From: Octopus vulgaris
Taxonomy: Eukaryota
Length of the DNA: 64,000 nt
Direction: 5' to 3'
Assembly (NCBI GenBank): GCA_951406725.2
Contig: OX597814.1
Location: 14,942,001 to 15,006,000, forward strand
Below are positions 1 to 12,776 of the stretch, one piece after another. Position numbers and translations under genes: made by a program. The notes beneath the pieces were generated by a model that ran no database searches, was not told the origin of the DNA, and saw only the letters and a program-made list of their open reading frames with translations. Each line of letters opens with the position of its first letter. The first letter of the stretch is position 1.

Positions 1-1289
1 AGCGTTGCATAAAGAGTGTATAATCTTCAAATTCACAAACTTTTTTCAAAATAACAGGTGGTTAATGATATAAAGAATAATTTATATTTGTTTTTAGCTT
101 TTGATATAAAATGAATACAAAGCGGAATTACATTGTCTAAAGCCAGTTATTGTTATTCAAACAAAGATATTCGGAAATGCATCTATCCGTCGAAGTTGCA
201 AATCCGGCGATAATCTATCACATATTGGAAATAAGAACTTCTTGTGACCGACATATTTCTTGTAATGTGTGTTAAGAGGAACAGCACATTATAATGCTAA
301 CCTGTTGACCCATATATTGCACGGGGGTGGTGTCTGTGGTCATGATTGATCCACAGGTACCGGAAATTAAAAAAAAAACATTACACTTCTAAATTTAATT
401 TTAATACTATTGTACATGTGTATGATTAGAAAAAGCAATTTTTTTATTTTTCATTTAGAATATTATATTTGAATAAGGCCCGTTCATATGAGCTGCGTTG
501 CATAAAGAGAATATAATCTTCAAATTCATAAACTTTTTTATAATAACCGGTGATAAATGATATAAAGAATATTTTATATTTGTTTTTAGCTATTAATATA
601 CCTGAATGCTTAAATTGTGTCCAGTGTTATGTCGTATTTGATAATTTTTGTTCTCTTGGGTACAATTCCCCTTCTTGTGCTAATGTTATTTTTGGTGACT
701 TCGGCCATTGTAGATATTCCAGGTGAAATTAAGTTGACGGTGCAAAACCAGCAATATGGACATTTCTGATAATTAAAACGTACGGCATTATCACACAACG
801 TGACACGCTGAATCCGCGCCAACATTTTGCTAAATATAAGCCTGTCTGAGGAATGCTCAGCCATTTATATGCTAATATAATAAGCAAGTAGTTCAATTCA
901 TCGCTAATCAGAGAACCAACGAAGGTGCTTTTAGTTCGGTAACACAAAATATAAGTATAAACACTTCCAGACAGAATATTCGTTTCAATATACCTTTTTC
1001 AATTATTTCAAGACGAATGCAGTAGTATATATTATTGTATGGAATGAATTAAATCATCTATCATTTTTTTAATGAGAATTTACCAAACGTACAACATCAT
1101 ATGACATATATACGAATAATGTTGGTGAAGAAGATTCATTCTTATTGCAACATTATGGAATGTCATCTAACTAGATATAAAGAACAATTCCTATCTGTAA
1201 ACTGCAATCTTACAAATAACTCACACACACACACACACACACGTACAAACCCACACACAAACACGCAAACGCACGCGCGCACACACATA

Positions 1290-2135
1290 CAGTATACTAT
1301 GGGTAAATTGTCTCCATTTTTCAATTTGAATTTTACGCATTATTTGATTTTGATTTTGTCGACCACACAAGATAGTTGTATCAGTGGGACGCTATCCGTG
1401 AGAAACTCACCATGACTCAATTCACTCTGCCATAAAGTTGGAAATGACATTCTGTACTGCTTAGTATTCGCGCTGGAAGCTCCGATACGAACAGATGGTG
1501 AACACACGGAAAACCGTTAGCTTGCCGTGTTCCCAAAACATGTACCGAGAGTAACAGATATCAAACATCAGTCAACATTACGGTGTTTGGAGTGATCATT
1601 AGTGATGATGGCGTTATGCTTCAATATATCATCCCACACGGCCTCAGACTCAAAACAGAGGCCTGCATCAAGTGTTTGAAGGGGTTAGAGCTGCCCTGGA
1701 TCAAGACGGTGGCTGCTGGAAGACTATGTCTGGCAACAGGACTCTCTATCATGCCACACAAACAGTCATGGCTGTCAGACAATTTCTGCCATCACATCAC
1801 TCCTAACATCTGGCCATCTAACTCCCCAGACTGCAACCTCCTTGATTATTATGTGTGGCGGTGCAGTTGAGCGAGAGACCATCAAAACTCCTTGTAACGC
1901 CAAAAATGACCTGAAAACAAGGATTATGGCAGCATTCACGAACCTAAATAAGAGACCGTTCTGAAGTGTCTCAGAGGATTCCGAAGTCGCTTGGAGGCCG
2001 TAGTTGAAGCCAATGGCGATTTTATTGAAAGAATTTACTCTTTAGTATTTTAAGATAATTTTATGTACTTTTGGTAAATATATCTTTTAAAATTAGATGT
2101 CAGTGTTATTTTCCTTTTTGCGTAATTTAGACTCT
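1290..2135 (+). mobile_element. Decayed Tc1/mariner-superfamily DNA transposon (maT/DD37D-like), left-arm copy
   Basis: ORF 1583-1870 contains VFGVIISDDGVM...WPSNSPDCNLLDYYVW (WPPNSPDLNPLDY motif); WQQDS lies in a shifted frame. Confidence 0.8.
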
Positions 2136-2250
2136 GTTTATATATATGTGTATGTATGTATGTATGTATGTATGTATGTATGTATGTATGTATGTATGTA
2201 TGTATGTATGTGTATGTATAAATATATATGTATACTAATTATATACATAA

Positions 2251-2287
<37 letters not shown>

Positions 2288-2290
<3 letters not shown>

Positions 2291-2871
2291 TCGGCTCCAG
2301 CTCGTATCCGAGTATTAGGTTCATCAGTTTCTATTCAGTCTCCTCGGTTGATGTTTGTGCCGAAAGTGACTTTGGAGTCCAAGTCGAGGGTGAGAGAGTC
2401 GTGGACAGAATTCAGAATTCGCACAGGATAGTCAGTGTGGGTCGAGGATATTGACGCTCCTTTCTTCACTTGTATTTTACCGCCTCAGACTTTTGTCTGT
2501 TCTGATCGAAGGAGCTGGTTCCATTCCGGATAGCAGTCCTCCAGGCTGATCTATCCATGGCACTTTTTTCCCATGAGGATGTTTAGATATTAGTTTGAGC
2601 CCGGGTCCGTTTGAGCTGTTCTTTAAAACAGAATTTTAGACCACCTCTGGATCTTGTTCCGATTGCAAGTGCTCCGTGGAGCATGATCCACGGAAGACGT
2701 GAGGGCTCCATACGCTGGACGTGACCTACCCAGCGGAGGCTACGGCTGAAAATGGTGGATTCGATGTTTGATTGTGAGGCACGGCGAAGAACATCGTTGT
2801 TGGTAATGTGATCTTCCTATCGAATATTGAAGAGCTTTCGTAGATTGAATTGCTTGAAGCATTCGAGGCGC
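2288..2871 (-). mobile_element. RTE-clade LINE 3' fragment, inverted copy
   Basis: Reverse complement of 2908-3480. Confidence 0.8.
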
Positions 2872-3480
2872 CTGTGAGATTTGGATGCTGTATCGTCGTC
2901 ACTTCAAGCGCCTCGAATGCTTCAAGCAATTCAATCTACGAAAGATCTTCAATATTCGATAGGAAGATCACATTACCAACAACGATGTTCTTCGCCGTGC
3001 CTCACAACCAAACATCGAATCCACCATTTTCAGCCATAGCCTCCGCTGGGTAGGTCACCTCCAGCGTATGGAGCCCTCACGTCTTCCGTGGATCATGCTC
3101 CACGGAGCACTTGCAATCGGAACAAGATCCAGAGGTGGTCTAAAATTCTGTTTTAAAGAACAGCTCAAACGGACCCGGGCTCAAACTAATATCCAAATAT
3201 CCTCATGGGAAAAATGTGGCATAGATAGGACAGCCTGGACGACTGCTATCCACAATGTAGCCAGCTCCTTCGAGCAGAACAGCCAAAAGAATGAGGCGGT
3301 AAAATACAGAAGAAAGGAGCGTCAACATACTCGATCCACATCGACCATCCTGTGCGAATTCTGCCCACGACTCTCTCACCACCGACTTGGAATCCAAAGT
3401 AACTTTCGGCGCAAACATCAGCCGAGGATACTAGATAGAAAATGACGAACCCAATGCTCGGATACGAGCTGGAGCCGACG

Positions 3481-3482
<2 letters not shown>
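2868..3482 (+). mobile_element. RTE-clade LINE 3' fragment (end of RT and C-terminal C2H2-like motif)
   Basis: Reads ACEIWMLYRRHFKRLE...ITNNDVL, then MEPSRLPWIMLHGAL...RSRGG...DRTAW...CEFCPRLSHHRLGIQSNFRRKH, typical of the RTE ORF C-terminus. Confidence 0.85.
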
Positions 3483-3558
<76 letters not shown>

Positions 3559-3560
<2 letters not shown>

Positions 3561-4563
3561 TAGCATTAAAGACCCGTCGTTGCCGGGTCATAGTGCTAGT
3601 GCATGTATATGTGTGTATATATATGTGTACATATTACATGTACATCTATATATATACAACTACATATAAAATGCAAAATACAAAGGTATATCTTGATATC
3701 GCTAGTGATAACAATACACACACATATATATATATATATCCTAGCATTAAAGACCCGTCGTTGCCGGGTCATAGTGCTAGTGCATGTATATGTGTGTATA
3801 TATATGTGTACATATTACATGTACATCTATATATATACAACTACATATAAAATGCAAAATACAAAGGTATATCTTGATATCGCTAGTGATAACAATACTC
3901 AATTAGCTCTTCTTTTTTCTCTACATTGTATACTTTATAGACAATAGTATTTTCTTTAATTTAATTATTTATTATCCATCTGAACTATTCCATTTCTGCA
4001 CGCTAATTTTATTTTTAATTTATTCCCATACATGTGAAACCACTTATTCAAGTTCAAATCATTGATGCAATTTTATACCAATTGCTATTTTTACCTTTGT
4101 TATGTTAGGATTATATTATACTTTAGTTTGATTTTAATTATTACTTACTACATATAAATGAATTGTTATTATTATTTTTATTGTTAAAGTGGAAGCATCT
4201 GACATAAAATAGAGAAATATTTTTGTTTCACTTTTAACACGTAATACTGAAATAGTGAAGAAGATATGATATTGCTATGGGCTCGCTCTAAGCAAGAAGT
4301 TGAACATGGACCCTAAGTAAGGCATATGTAAAATTTGAATGAAATTGGTTGTGTAGTTCTCAAGTTTAAGGGAATCGTAGTGGAGAAGATATGATATTGC
4401 TGTGGGCTTACCCTAGGCAAAAAGTTAAAATTTTTTGCTGATGACACTCCCCGGACCCTAAGTAAGGCATGCGTAAAATTTGAATGAAATTGGTAGTGTA
4501 GTTCTCAAGTTTTAGGGAAACACACAGACAGACAGAAACACATTCTCAGTTTTATATATATAA

Positions 4564-4566
<3 letters not shown>
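3559..4566 (-). mobile_element. Non-autonomous Helitron/Helentron-like element whose terminal hairpin-CTAG segment is tandemly duplicated (3559-3718 and 3740-3898)
   Basis: Hairpin gacccg-tcgttgc-cgggtc flanked by ctag. On the minus strand the 5' end reads tctttatatatataaaactgaga followed by (tctg)n, homologous to 23674 onward. Confidence 0.55.
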
Positions 4567-4617
<51 letters not shown>

Positions 4618-4685
4618 GTATATAATTAGTATACGCATACATATATATTTATACATATACATACACACATGCATATCTATATAAA

Positions 4686-5552
4686 CAGAGTGCAGTGAAT
4701 ATATTGTCGTCTAAATTATGCAAACAGGAAAATAACACTGACATCTCATTTTAAAAGATATATTTACCAAAAGTAAATAAAACTATCTTAAAATACTAAA
4801 GAGTAAATTCTTTCAATAAAATCGCCATTGGATTCAACTACGGCCTCCAGGCGACTTCGGAATCCTCTGCAACACTTTTGAACGGTCTCTTGTTTAAGTT
4901 CAGGAGGGCTGCCATAATCCGTGCCTTCAGTTCATCTTTGGCGTTACAAGGAGTTTTGATGGTCTCTCGCTCAACTGCACCTCACACATAATAATCAAGT
5001 GGTGTTGCAGTCAGAGGAGTTAGGTGGCCAGATGTTAGGGGTGATATGGTGGCAGAAATTGTCTGACAGCCATGACTGTTTGTGTGATATAGTACAGAGT
5101 CCTCTTGCCAGACACAGGCTCTTCCAACAGCCACCGTCTAGATCCAGGGCAGCACTAATTCCTCCAAGCTCTTAATGCAGCCTTCTGTTTTGAGTCTGAG
5201 GCCGTGTGGGATGATATATTAAAGCATAACGCCATCATCACTAATGATCACTCCAAACACCGTAATGTTGACTGATGTTTGATATCTGTTACTCTCGGTA
5301 CATGTTTTGGGAACACGGCAAGCTAACGGTTTTCTGCGTGTTCACCATCTGTTCGTATCGGAGCTTCCAACGCAAATACTAAGCAGTACAGAATGTCATT
5401 TCCAACTTTCTGGCAGAGTGAATTGAGTCATGGTGATTTTCTCACAGATAGCGTCCAACTGATACAACTATCCTGTGTAGTCGACAAAATCAAAATCAAA
5501 TAATGCGTAAAATTCAAATTGAAAAATGGAGACAATTTACCCATAGTATACT
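4686..5552 (-). mobile_element. maT/Tc1-mariner remnant, right-arm copy
   Basis: Reverse complement of 1290-2135 with the same internal structure. Confidence 0.8.
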
Positions 5553-6249
5553 GTATGTGTGTGCGCACGCGCATGAGTGTATGTATGTGTATGTGCGCGT
5601 GAGTGTGTGTGTGTGTGTGTGTGAGTTATTTGTAAGATTGCAGTTTACAGATGGGAGTTGTTCTTTATATCTAGTTGGATGTCATTCAATAATGTTGCAG
5701 TTAGAATGAATCTTCTTCACCAACATTATTCGTATATATGTCATATGTTGCTGTACATTTGGTAAATTTTCATCAAAAGATGATAGATGATTTAATTCAT
5801 TCCATATAATAATATATACTACTGTATTCGTCTTGAAATAATTGAAAAGGGTATATTGAAACGAATATTCTGTCTGGAAGTGTTTATAATTATATTTTTT
5901 GTTACCCAACAAAAAGCACCTTCGTCGGTTCTCTGATGAGCGATGAATTAAACTACTTGCTTATTATATTAGCATATAAATGTTTGAGCATTCCTCAGAC
6001 AGGCTTATATTTAGCAAAATGTTGGCGCGGATTCAGCATGTCACATTGTGTGATAATGCCGTACATTTTAATTATCAGAAATGTCCATATTGCCGGTTTG
6101 CACCGTCAACTTAATTTCACCTGGAATATCTACAATGGCCGAAGTCATCAAAAATAACATTAGCACAAGAAGGGGAATTGTACCCAAGAGAACAAAAATT
6201 ATCAAATACGACATAACACTGGACACAATTTTATCATTCAGGTATATCA

Positions 6250-7245
6250 ATAGCTAAAAACAAATATAAAATATTCTTTATATCATTTATCACCGGTTAT
6301 TATAAAAAAGTTTATGAATTTGAAGATTATATTCTCTTTATGCAACGCTGCTCATATGAACGGGCCTTATTCAAATATAATATTCGAAATGAAAAATAAA
6401 AAAATTGCTTTTTCTAATCATACACATGCACAATAGTATTAAAATTTAGAAGTGTAATGTTTTTTTTTAATTTCCGGTACCTGTGGATCAATCATGACCA
6501 CAGACACCACCCCCGTGCAATATATGGGTCAACAGGTTAGCATTATAATGTGCCGTTCCTCTTAACACACATTACAAGAAATATGTCGGTCACAAGAAGT
6601 TCTTATTTCCAATATGTGATAGATTATCGCCGGATTTGCAACTTCGACGGATAGATGCATTTCCGAATATCTTTGTTTGAAAAACAATAACAGGCTTTAG
6701 ACAATGTAATTCCGCTTTGTATTCATTTTATATCAAAAGCTAAAAACAAATATAAATTATTCTTTATATCATTAACCACCTGTTATTTTGAAAAAAGTTT
6801 GTGAGTTTGAAGATTATACACTCTTTATGCAACGCTTCTCATATGAATGCGCCTTACTCAAATATCATATTTGAAATGTTAAAAAGTAGAAAAAAATATG
6901 TCTAATCATACACAAACACAATGGTATTAAATTAAAATTTAGAAGTGTAACGTGTTTTAGTTTCCGGTACCTGTGGATCAATCATGACCACAGACACCGC
7001 CCCCGTGATATGTGGGTTAGCAGGTTAATAAACTGTAAAAAAATCAATGTCCTGTTCCTTTTAACACATTTTAGAAGAATTATGTCGGTGACAAGAAGTT
7101 CTTATTTCCAATATGTGATAGATTATCGCCGGATCTGCAACTTTGACGGAAAAATGCATTTCCGAACACATTTGTGTCCCTACAATTATCGTTGAATGAG
7201 AATATACGTTGCACAATGTAATTCCGCTTTGTGTTTATATTATAT
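6250..7245 (+). repeat. ~487-bp tandem duplication of the IL-17 upstream module
   Basis: agctaaaaacaaatataaa at 6253 and 6738; tgcaacgct at 6341 and 6828; ttccggtacctgtggatcaatcatgaccacagacacc at 6472 and 6962. Confidence 0.9.
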
Positions 7246-7388
7246 ATAAGCAAACACGGGACAGGTTAATGTCAATCACATCGCCAATCACATCGAGAAG
7301 AGAACAATTCGACCTAAGTTGAAAATAGTAATAGTATACAGCTACCGACTCTACATTTTGTGCCAAGTTATCGAACTCGAACATTACA
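7140..7388 (+). promoter_or_regulatory. IL-17 gene A proximal promoter and 5' UTR (ATGCATTTCCG motif, kB-like GTAATTCC, TATA box ~7241-7250)
   Basis: Motif order and spacing are conserved upstream of all six exon-1 copies; tatatataag lies ~145 bp before the ATG. Confidence 0.65.
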
Positions 7389-7403
7389 ATGAAGACATCT
7401 ACA
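7389..7403 (+). CDS. IL17: IL-17-like gene A, coding exon 1 (MKTST), phase-0 intron to 9522
   Basis: ttacaATGAAGACATCTACA|GTAAGT. The same micro-exon/donor pattern recurs at 12703, 32671, 36069, 48055 and 62891, and it joins exon 2 in frame. Confidence 0.85.
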
Positions 7404-7552
7404 GTAAGTAAATATACTACAATGATATTATCTGCTATATTTATCTTTGTAATAATATTTTCATCCTACATTAACTAAATATATGTACTGGGGCCATATG
7501 TATACATACACATACATACATGCATGCATACATACATACATACATACATACA

Positions 7553-7620
<68 letters not shown>

Positions 7621-7929
7621 TATGTATATGTATATGTATATATATTCACTTACCTGTTGATTAGTTTTCGATGCTAATGGGAATTTTCTACTCAAAGTGT
7701 TGTTAATCACAGTTCCAATTTATCTAGAATCGCAGTTGAGTATAAATGAGCAACCATCTGCCAAAGATAATCAATAATACAGTTTTGAACGCTTTCACTC
7801 TTTACAAGGACATGCAACGCAATATATAATCATTGCTTTCACATCACAGAAAAGTGTAAGAGTCTGGCTTGAAACCATATTCACCTTGGCTGACCGAAGT
7901 ACAAAAACTTGGATTCAGTACAGTATTCT

Positions 7930-8292
7930 CAAAAAAAAAAAATAAGCATTTTTAGAGAGTTATAGCCAAAAAAATAGCAAAAAAATGCATTAAAAATGGG
8001 GAAAAAATGATGGTAAATTTTTTTTAAATCGTTGACTCATCGTAGACATTTTTAGAGAGTTACTTCCCTTATATAATAGCGAAAAAATGCATTAAAATGA
8101 AAAAAATGATGGTAATTTTTTTTTAAATCGTAGACTCATCGTAGACGCGCGCTAATACCCAGAAGGGCTCGATATGAATCACGACTATAAGATACCCGGT
8201 TTTGGTTAAACTGCACCGCAAAATGTGGAAGTAGTTAGGAATCTAAATCGTAGGAGACAGACACACAACTTCACTTTTATATATAAAGAAGA
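7930..8292 (-). mobile_element. Helitron/Helentron-like non-autonomous repeat fragment in the gene A intron
   Basis: Terminus ...agacagacacacaacttcacttttatatataaaga resembles 4530-4566; internal subrepeats (catttttagagagtta, aatgcattaaaa). Confidence 0.4.
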
Positions 8293-8366
8293 TATATATG
8301 TTTCTATTCCCTTTGTTCGTACCCCATTTTTTCTCTCATATGTATATATGTGTGTGTGTATATATG

Positions 8367-8425
<59 letters not shown>

Positions 8426-8889
8426 ATATGTTACAATAATTCGATAGTCAAGATAAAACTCTGAGTTTCAGATGCCGAAGTGGAAAACCACAACACCATC
8501 TCTTCGATTATATAATGGGAAATTATTGTGTTATAATTCCGCTACTTATATAAATTAAGATTAAAAGTTCATAGTAAACATTTCCTCTGTTTACATAATA
8601 TCGGGGTCTCTTTCTTTCTTTTGTTATCTTATCGTTTTTACTAATATATATATATATACTTTATTAATAAAGCACATTATTCTACCTCCGGTATTCGAGT
8701 ACTATTTTTCCACCTTGTTTTGTATTTACGGACTAACCCTGGTATATAAGTATATATGCATATATGCATAATCCCCTTTCCGTTCTTTCACTTCCTTTTT
8801 ACTTGACTGAGACCCTTTATATCGACCACTATTGAAAATCTTAATAATTGAGATGTTTTACAAGCAAAAATTTTGAGATTTTTGATTTT

Positions 8890-9308
8890 ACTCTCTTTTT
8901 CTCTTTTTTTACTTGTTTCAGTCATTTGACTGCGGCCATGCTGGAGCACCGCCTTTAGTCGAGCAACTCGACCCCGGGACTTATTCTTTGTAAGCCCAGC
9001 ACTTATTCTATCGGTCTCTTTTGCCGAACCGCTAAGTGACGGGGACGTAAACACACCAGCATCGGTTGTCAAGCAATGCTAGGGGAACAAACACAGACAC
9101 ACAAACATATTCACACACACTTATATATATATATATACATATATACGACAGGCTTCTTTCAGTTTCGGTTTACCAAATCCACTCACAAGGCATTGGTCGG
9201 CCCGGGGCTATAGCAGAAGACACTTGCCCAAGATGCCACGCAGTGGGACTGAACCCGGAACCATGTGGTTGGTTAGCAAGCTACTTACCAAGCAGCCACT
9301 CTTGCGCC
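8890..9308 (-). mobile_element. tRNA-derived SINE, family A
   Basis: Head gagtggct...ggtaagtagcttgctaaccaaccacatggttccgggttcagtccc (A/B boxes); at least 7 copies in the window. Confidence 0.9.
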
Positions 9309-9521
9309 TATTTTCTTTTTTTCCTTTTTTTTTTTGTTTATATTTGTGTTTTCGCGTATCACTTTGGTATTTGTCACCCATTCAACTTTCTGTAATAGAC
9401 TTTCGTAAAGTGTTTCGTTATAAATTTATATATGCGTCGAAAATAAATGAATTTTTTGATTAAGCTGATAAATGTCTCAAATCGAAAGTAACCTTGACAA
9501 AGATATATTTTTCTCTGACAG

Positions 9522-10049
9522 GTTCTCTCCAGCATCGTCATATTTCTATTCAACATCGCCTTTCTTGTATCATCGGCATCAATTCCAGACCAGTGTAAAA
9601 TACCAGCCAATCTGAAGGTTCAGTACCAGACATTGTCCCGTGCAGCTATTGGCAATAACTTTTTACTACCAGTTGAAAGAGCTCCGGCCGGAAGTAAGCA
9701 GAACTCCCAGACAGACGGGGATAAAACTTGCCCAACGTCTCCTTCATCCAGCGATATCATCCGTGAACGTTCGACCTGCCCTTGGTACCTGAACATTACC
9801 CATGATTCAACAGTTTTCCCTCCATCGCGCACCGAAGCCGTGTGTCGCTGTAACGACTGCTTCGATTCAGACAACAACCACGAATGTGTGATGGTATATA
9901 CTCCAATGACTGTCCTTAAACGTACCGATGAATGTGTTGATGGACTGTACGTGTATAAACCAAAAGTGATTGAAGTAGCCACAGCTTGTGCATGCGCACG
10001 AAAAGCCGACACACGAAATGTTGACGGCGATGATGATTACGAGTCGTAA
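9522..10049 (+). CDS. IL17: IL-17-like gene A, exon 2; spliced protein 180 aa, join(7389..7403,9522..10049)
   Basis: Acceptor ttttctctgacag|GTT. Hydrophobic signal VLSSIVIFLFNIAFLVSSA. IL-17 motifs RSTCPWY, CRCxxC, V-L-K-R and TACAC. 10 Cys, NIT sequon, AATAAA at 10310. Confidence 0.93.
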   Translation, partial: VLSSIVIFLFNIAFLVSSASIPDQCKIPANLKVQYQTLSRAAIGNNFLLPVERAPAGSKQNSQTDGDKTCPTSPSSSDIIRERSTCPWYLNITHDSTVFPPSRTEAVCRCNDCFDSDNNHECVMVYTPMTVLKRTDECVDGLYVYKPKVIEVATACACARKADTRNVDGDDDYES

Positions 10050-10488
10050 AAACGGATAGAATAACGATGTATAAATATGTAATCCAGACGTTATTCAATA
10101 TTTTATGAAAGATTAACTCGACCACCACATAGTTATCATAATTTCAACATATATTGCTTAAAACTTATATACCATTTTGTATCTTATATAATTGCATATT
10201 TTATAAATTATAAAAATATATTTGTAAAATGTATTAACTAACGAATATAGAATATATTTTAACCTAAAATTGAACAATTCGTAATTCATCTGAACTTGAG
10301 AATACTTATAATAAATACAATATAATTAAGTATACTTCATTTATAAATCAACTGAGTCTGTCTATTTTTGTAATAAATACAAAATGCATCGTGAGTTTTA
10401 TAATGAGTGTACATATTCATATAAACATATAGAGCCTTACATATATATACACGCGCATGCATACCTACACACATACATACACACATAC

Positions 10489-10525
<37 letters not shown>

Positions 10526-10555
10526 CGCATCCATGCATATATTTCAGTATTTGTA

Positions 10556-10610
<55 letters not shown>

Positions 10611-11328
10611 TCACACTTAGAAATTTTGTACAATCAAACAGATGCATACTCACATACATACATGCTTACATGCGTACATGCATACTTTTTCCCTGCCAAG
10701 AAGGGTTCAGTTTTATAAAATACTAATTTAGCCAATCGATTAAAGTTCCGTTTTAATTCGTTCATAATATTCTTTCGAAGTATATATGTTCGTATAGGTA
10801 TAAGAAATTTCGCAATTTCTTTTTTTTTTTCCTCATATTTTTGCAATACAGTAGATATAGAAAAGATATATAAATATGTACTCTATTTTAATTGGATTCA
10901 CTAACTGAATAAAATATATACCACAAGCCTAGAATTATTCTTTGTGTCTTTCGTATCTTATATCTTTGATCTTTAAGCATACACATATTAACTCACACAA
11001 GAAGGATGTCCAGAAGTTATTGTTCATAAAATGCAAATATACAAATTGTTTGTGATTATCTCCTACATACCCTGCAAAGTAAGGTGAAAAACATCTTAGA
11101 CCCAAAACGTTTTGGTTAAATGCTACGTTACAGACATTCGTTTAAACGACGCTCTATATTCAAACTTAATAATATATTAGTGCCCAAGCTTGATCGCAGC
11201 GCCACGGCTATTACGAAAACAACATAGCAACAAGAACAACAGCAACAACAACAACAAATATTCTGATGCGATACCAGGTATTGGATCTCATGGTTTCTGA
11301 TCTTAACTGATTGGAAGTGTTGTCATGT

Positions 11329-11699
11329 GGATGGAAGCACTCCGTCGGTTACGACGACGAGGGTTCCGGTAGATCCGATTCAACGGAACAGCCTGCTCGT
11401 GAAATTAACGTGTAAGTGGCGAGCACTCCACAAACACGTGTACCCTTAACGTAGTTCTCGAGAATATTCAGCGTGACACAGAGAGTGACAAGGCCGGCCC
11501 TTTGAAATACAGGTACAACAGAAACAGGAAGTTGTGGTGAAAGAGTACAGCAAGGATCACCACCATCCCCTGTAGGAGCCTCGTGGAGCTTTAGGTGTTT
11601 TCGCTCAATAAACACTCACAACGCCCGGTCTGGGAATCGAAACCGCGATGCTATGACCGCGAGTCCGCTGCCCTAACCACTGGGCCATTGCGCCTCCAC
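11329..11699 (-). mobile_element. tRNA-derived SINE, family B, with 11-bp target-site duplication, nested in an older repeat (~11260-11930)
   Basis: Head ggaggcgcaatggcccagtggttagggcagcggactcgcgg...gtttcgattccc; TSD tgttgtcatgt at 11318-11328 and 11700-11710. Confidence 0.9.
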
Positions 11700-11971
11700 T
11701 GTTGTCATGTATACATTTTTTGATGGTGTAAAAGATGGGCTACAGCAAATATTCTGCTCAATACCACAGACTTGTCTGGATCGGCTACTCGAACTGAAGA
11801 GAATTCTAACCGAAGCCACTTTGCAAGTTCATGCGCTGTTTCTTTTGATATGAGATCACCATGTCACGCATATTGGGTTATGATGCATGTGCCTTGTGTA
11901 CCCTTATCAAACGGGCAGACTGTGCTTCATATATTTTACGTTAGTGTCCATTTGATAGGATGCACTGATCT

Positions 11972-12085
11972 ATAATAATAATAGTAATAATAATAATAAT
12001 TATTATTATTATTATTATCATCATCATCATCATCATCATCATCAACATCATCATAATCATCATCATCATCATCATCATCATCAAT

Positions 12086-12135
<50 letters not shown>

Positions 12136-12140
12136 TATTA
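11972..12140. repeat. (TAA)n/(TTA)n/(CAT)n compound microsatellite
   Basis: Direct reading. Confidence 0.95.
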
Positions 12141-12776
12141 TATTCTCTTCATGCAACGCTGCTCATATGAACGGGCCTTATTCAAATATAATATTCAAAA
12201 AGTGAAATAAAAAAATTGCTTTTACTAGTAATACACATGTACGATAATATTGAAATTAAATTTAGAAGTGTAATGTTTTTTTTAGATTTTTTTATTTCCG
12301 GTACCTGAGGATCAATCATGACCACAGACACCACCCCCGTGCAATATATGGGTTAACAGGTTAGCATTATAATGTCCTGTTCCTCTTAACCCATTTTACA
12401 AGAATTATGTCGGTCACAAGATGTTCTTATTTACAATAGGTGATAGATTATCGCCGGATTCTCAACTTCGACGGAACAAGCATTTCCGTAATATTTTCGT
12501 TCCTTCTACGTTCGCTGAAAGAAAACATTGTTTACCTGTGATAATTCCGCTTTGTATTCATATTATATATAAGCAAACTCAGGAAAGGGTAGTATCATTA
12601 AGAACGCATATCACATCGCGAAGGAACATTTCAGCCAAAGTCAAAAATAATAATAATATAACTGCCGACTCGACATTTGCTGCCAAGTAATCGAGCATTA
12701 CAATGAAGACACCTACATTCAGTAAATATTCATTAACGATTTTGTTGCTATATTTACGTTTGTAGCAATATTTTCA

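Larger units (their letters stand above)
1..6836. repeat. Giant inverted repeat (fold-back): left arm 1-2871, 36-bp spacer 2872-2907, right arm 2908-6836 with a ~1.1-kb extra insertion; extends beyond the window start
   Basis: Base 1 (agcgttgcataaagagtgtataatc) is the reverse complement of ~6812-6836 (gattatacactctttatgcaacgct). At the centre, ttgcttgaagcattcgaggcgc pairs with gcgcctcgaatgcttcaagcaa. Mirrored ORF pairs: 610/6068, 729/5936, 1101/5682, 2726/2850. Confidence 0.97.

Noticed and set aside
7678-7690. GGGAATTTTC kB-like site in the gene A intron
   Set aside because: Imperfect match, not seen at the equivalent position in paralogs.
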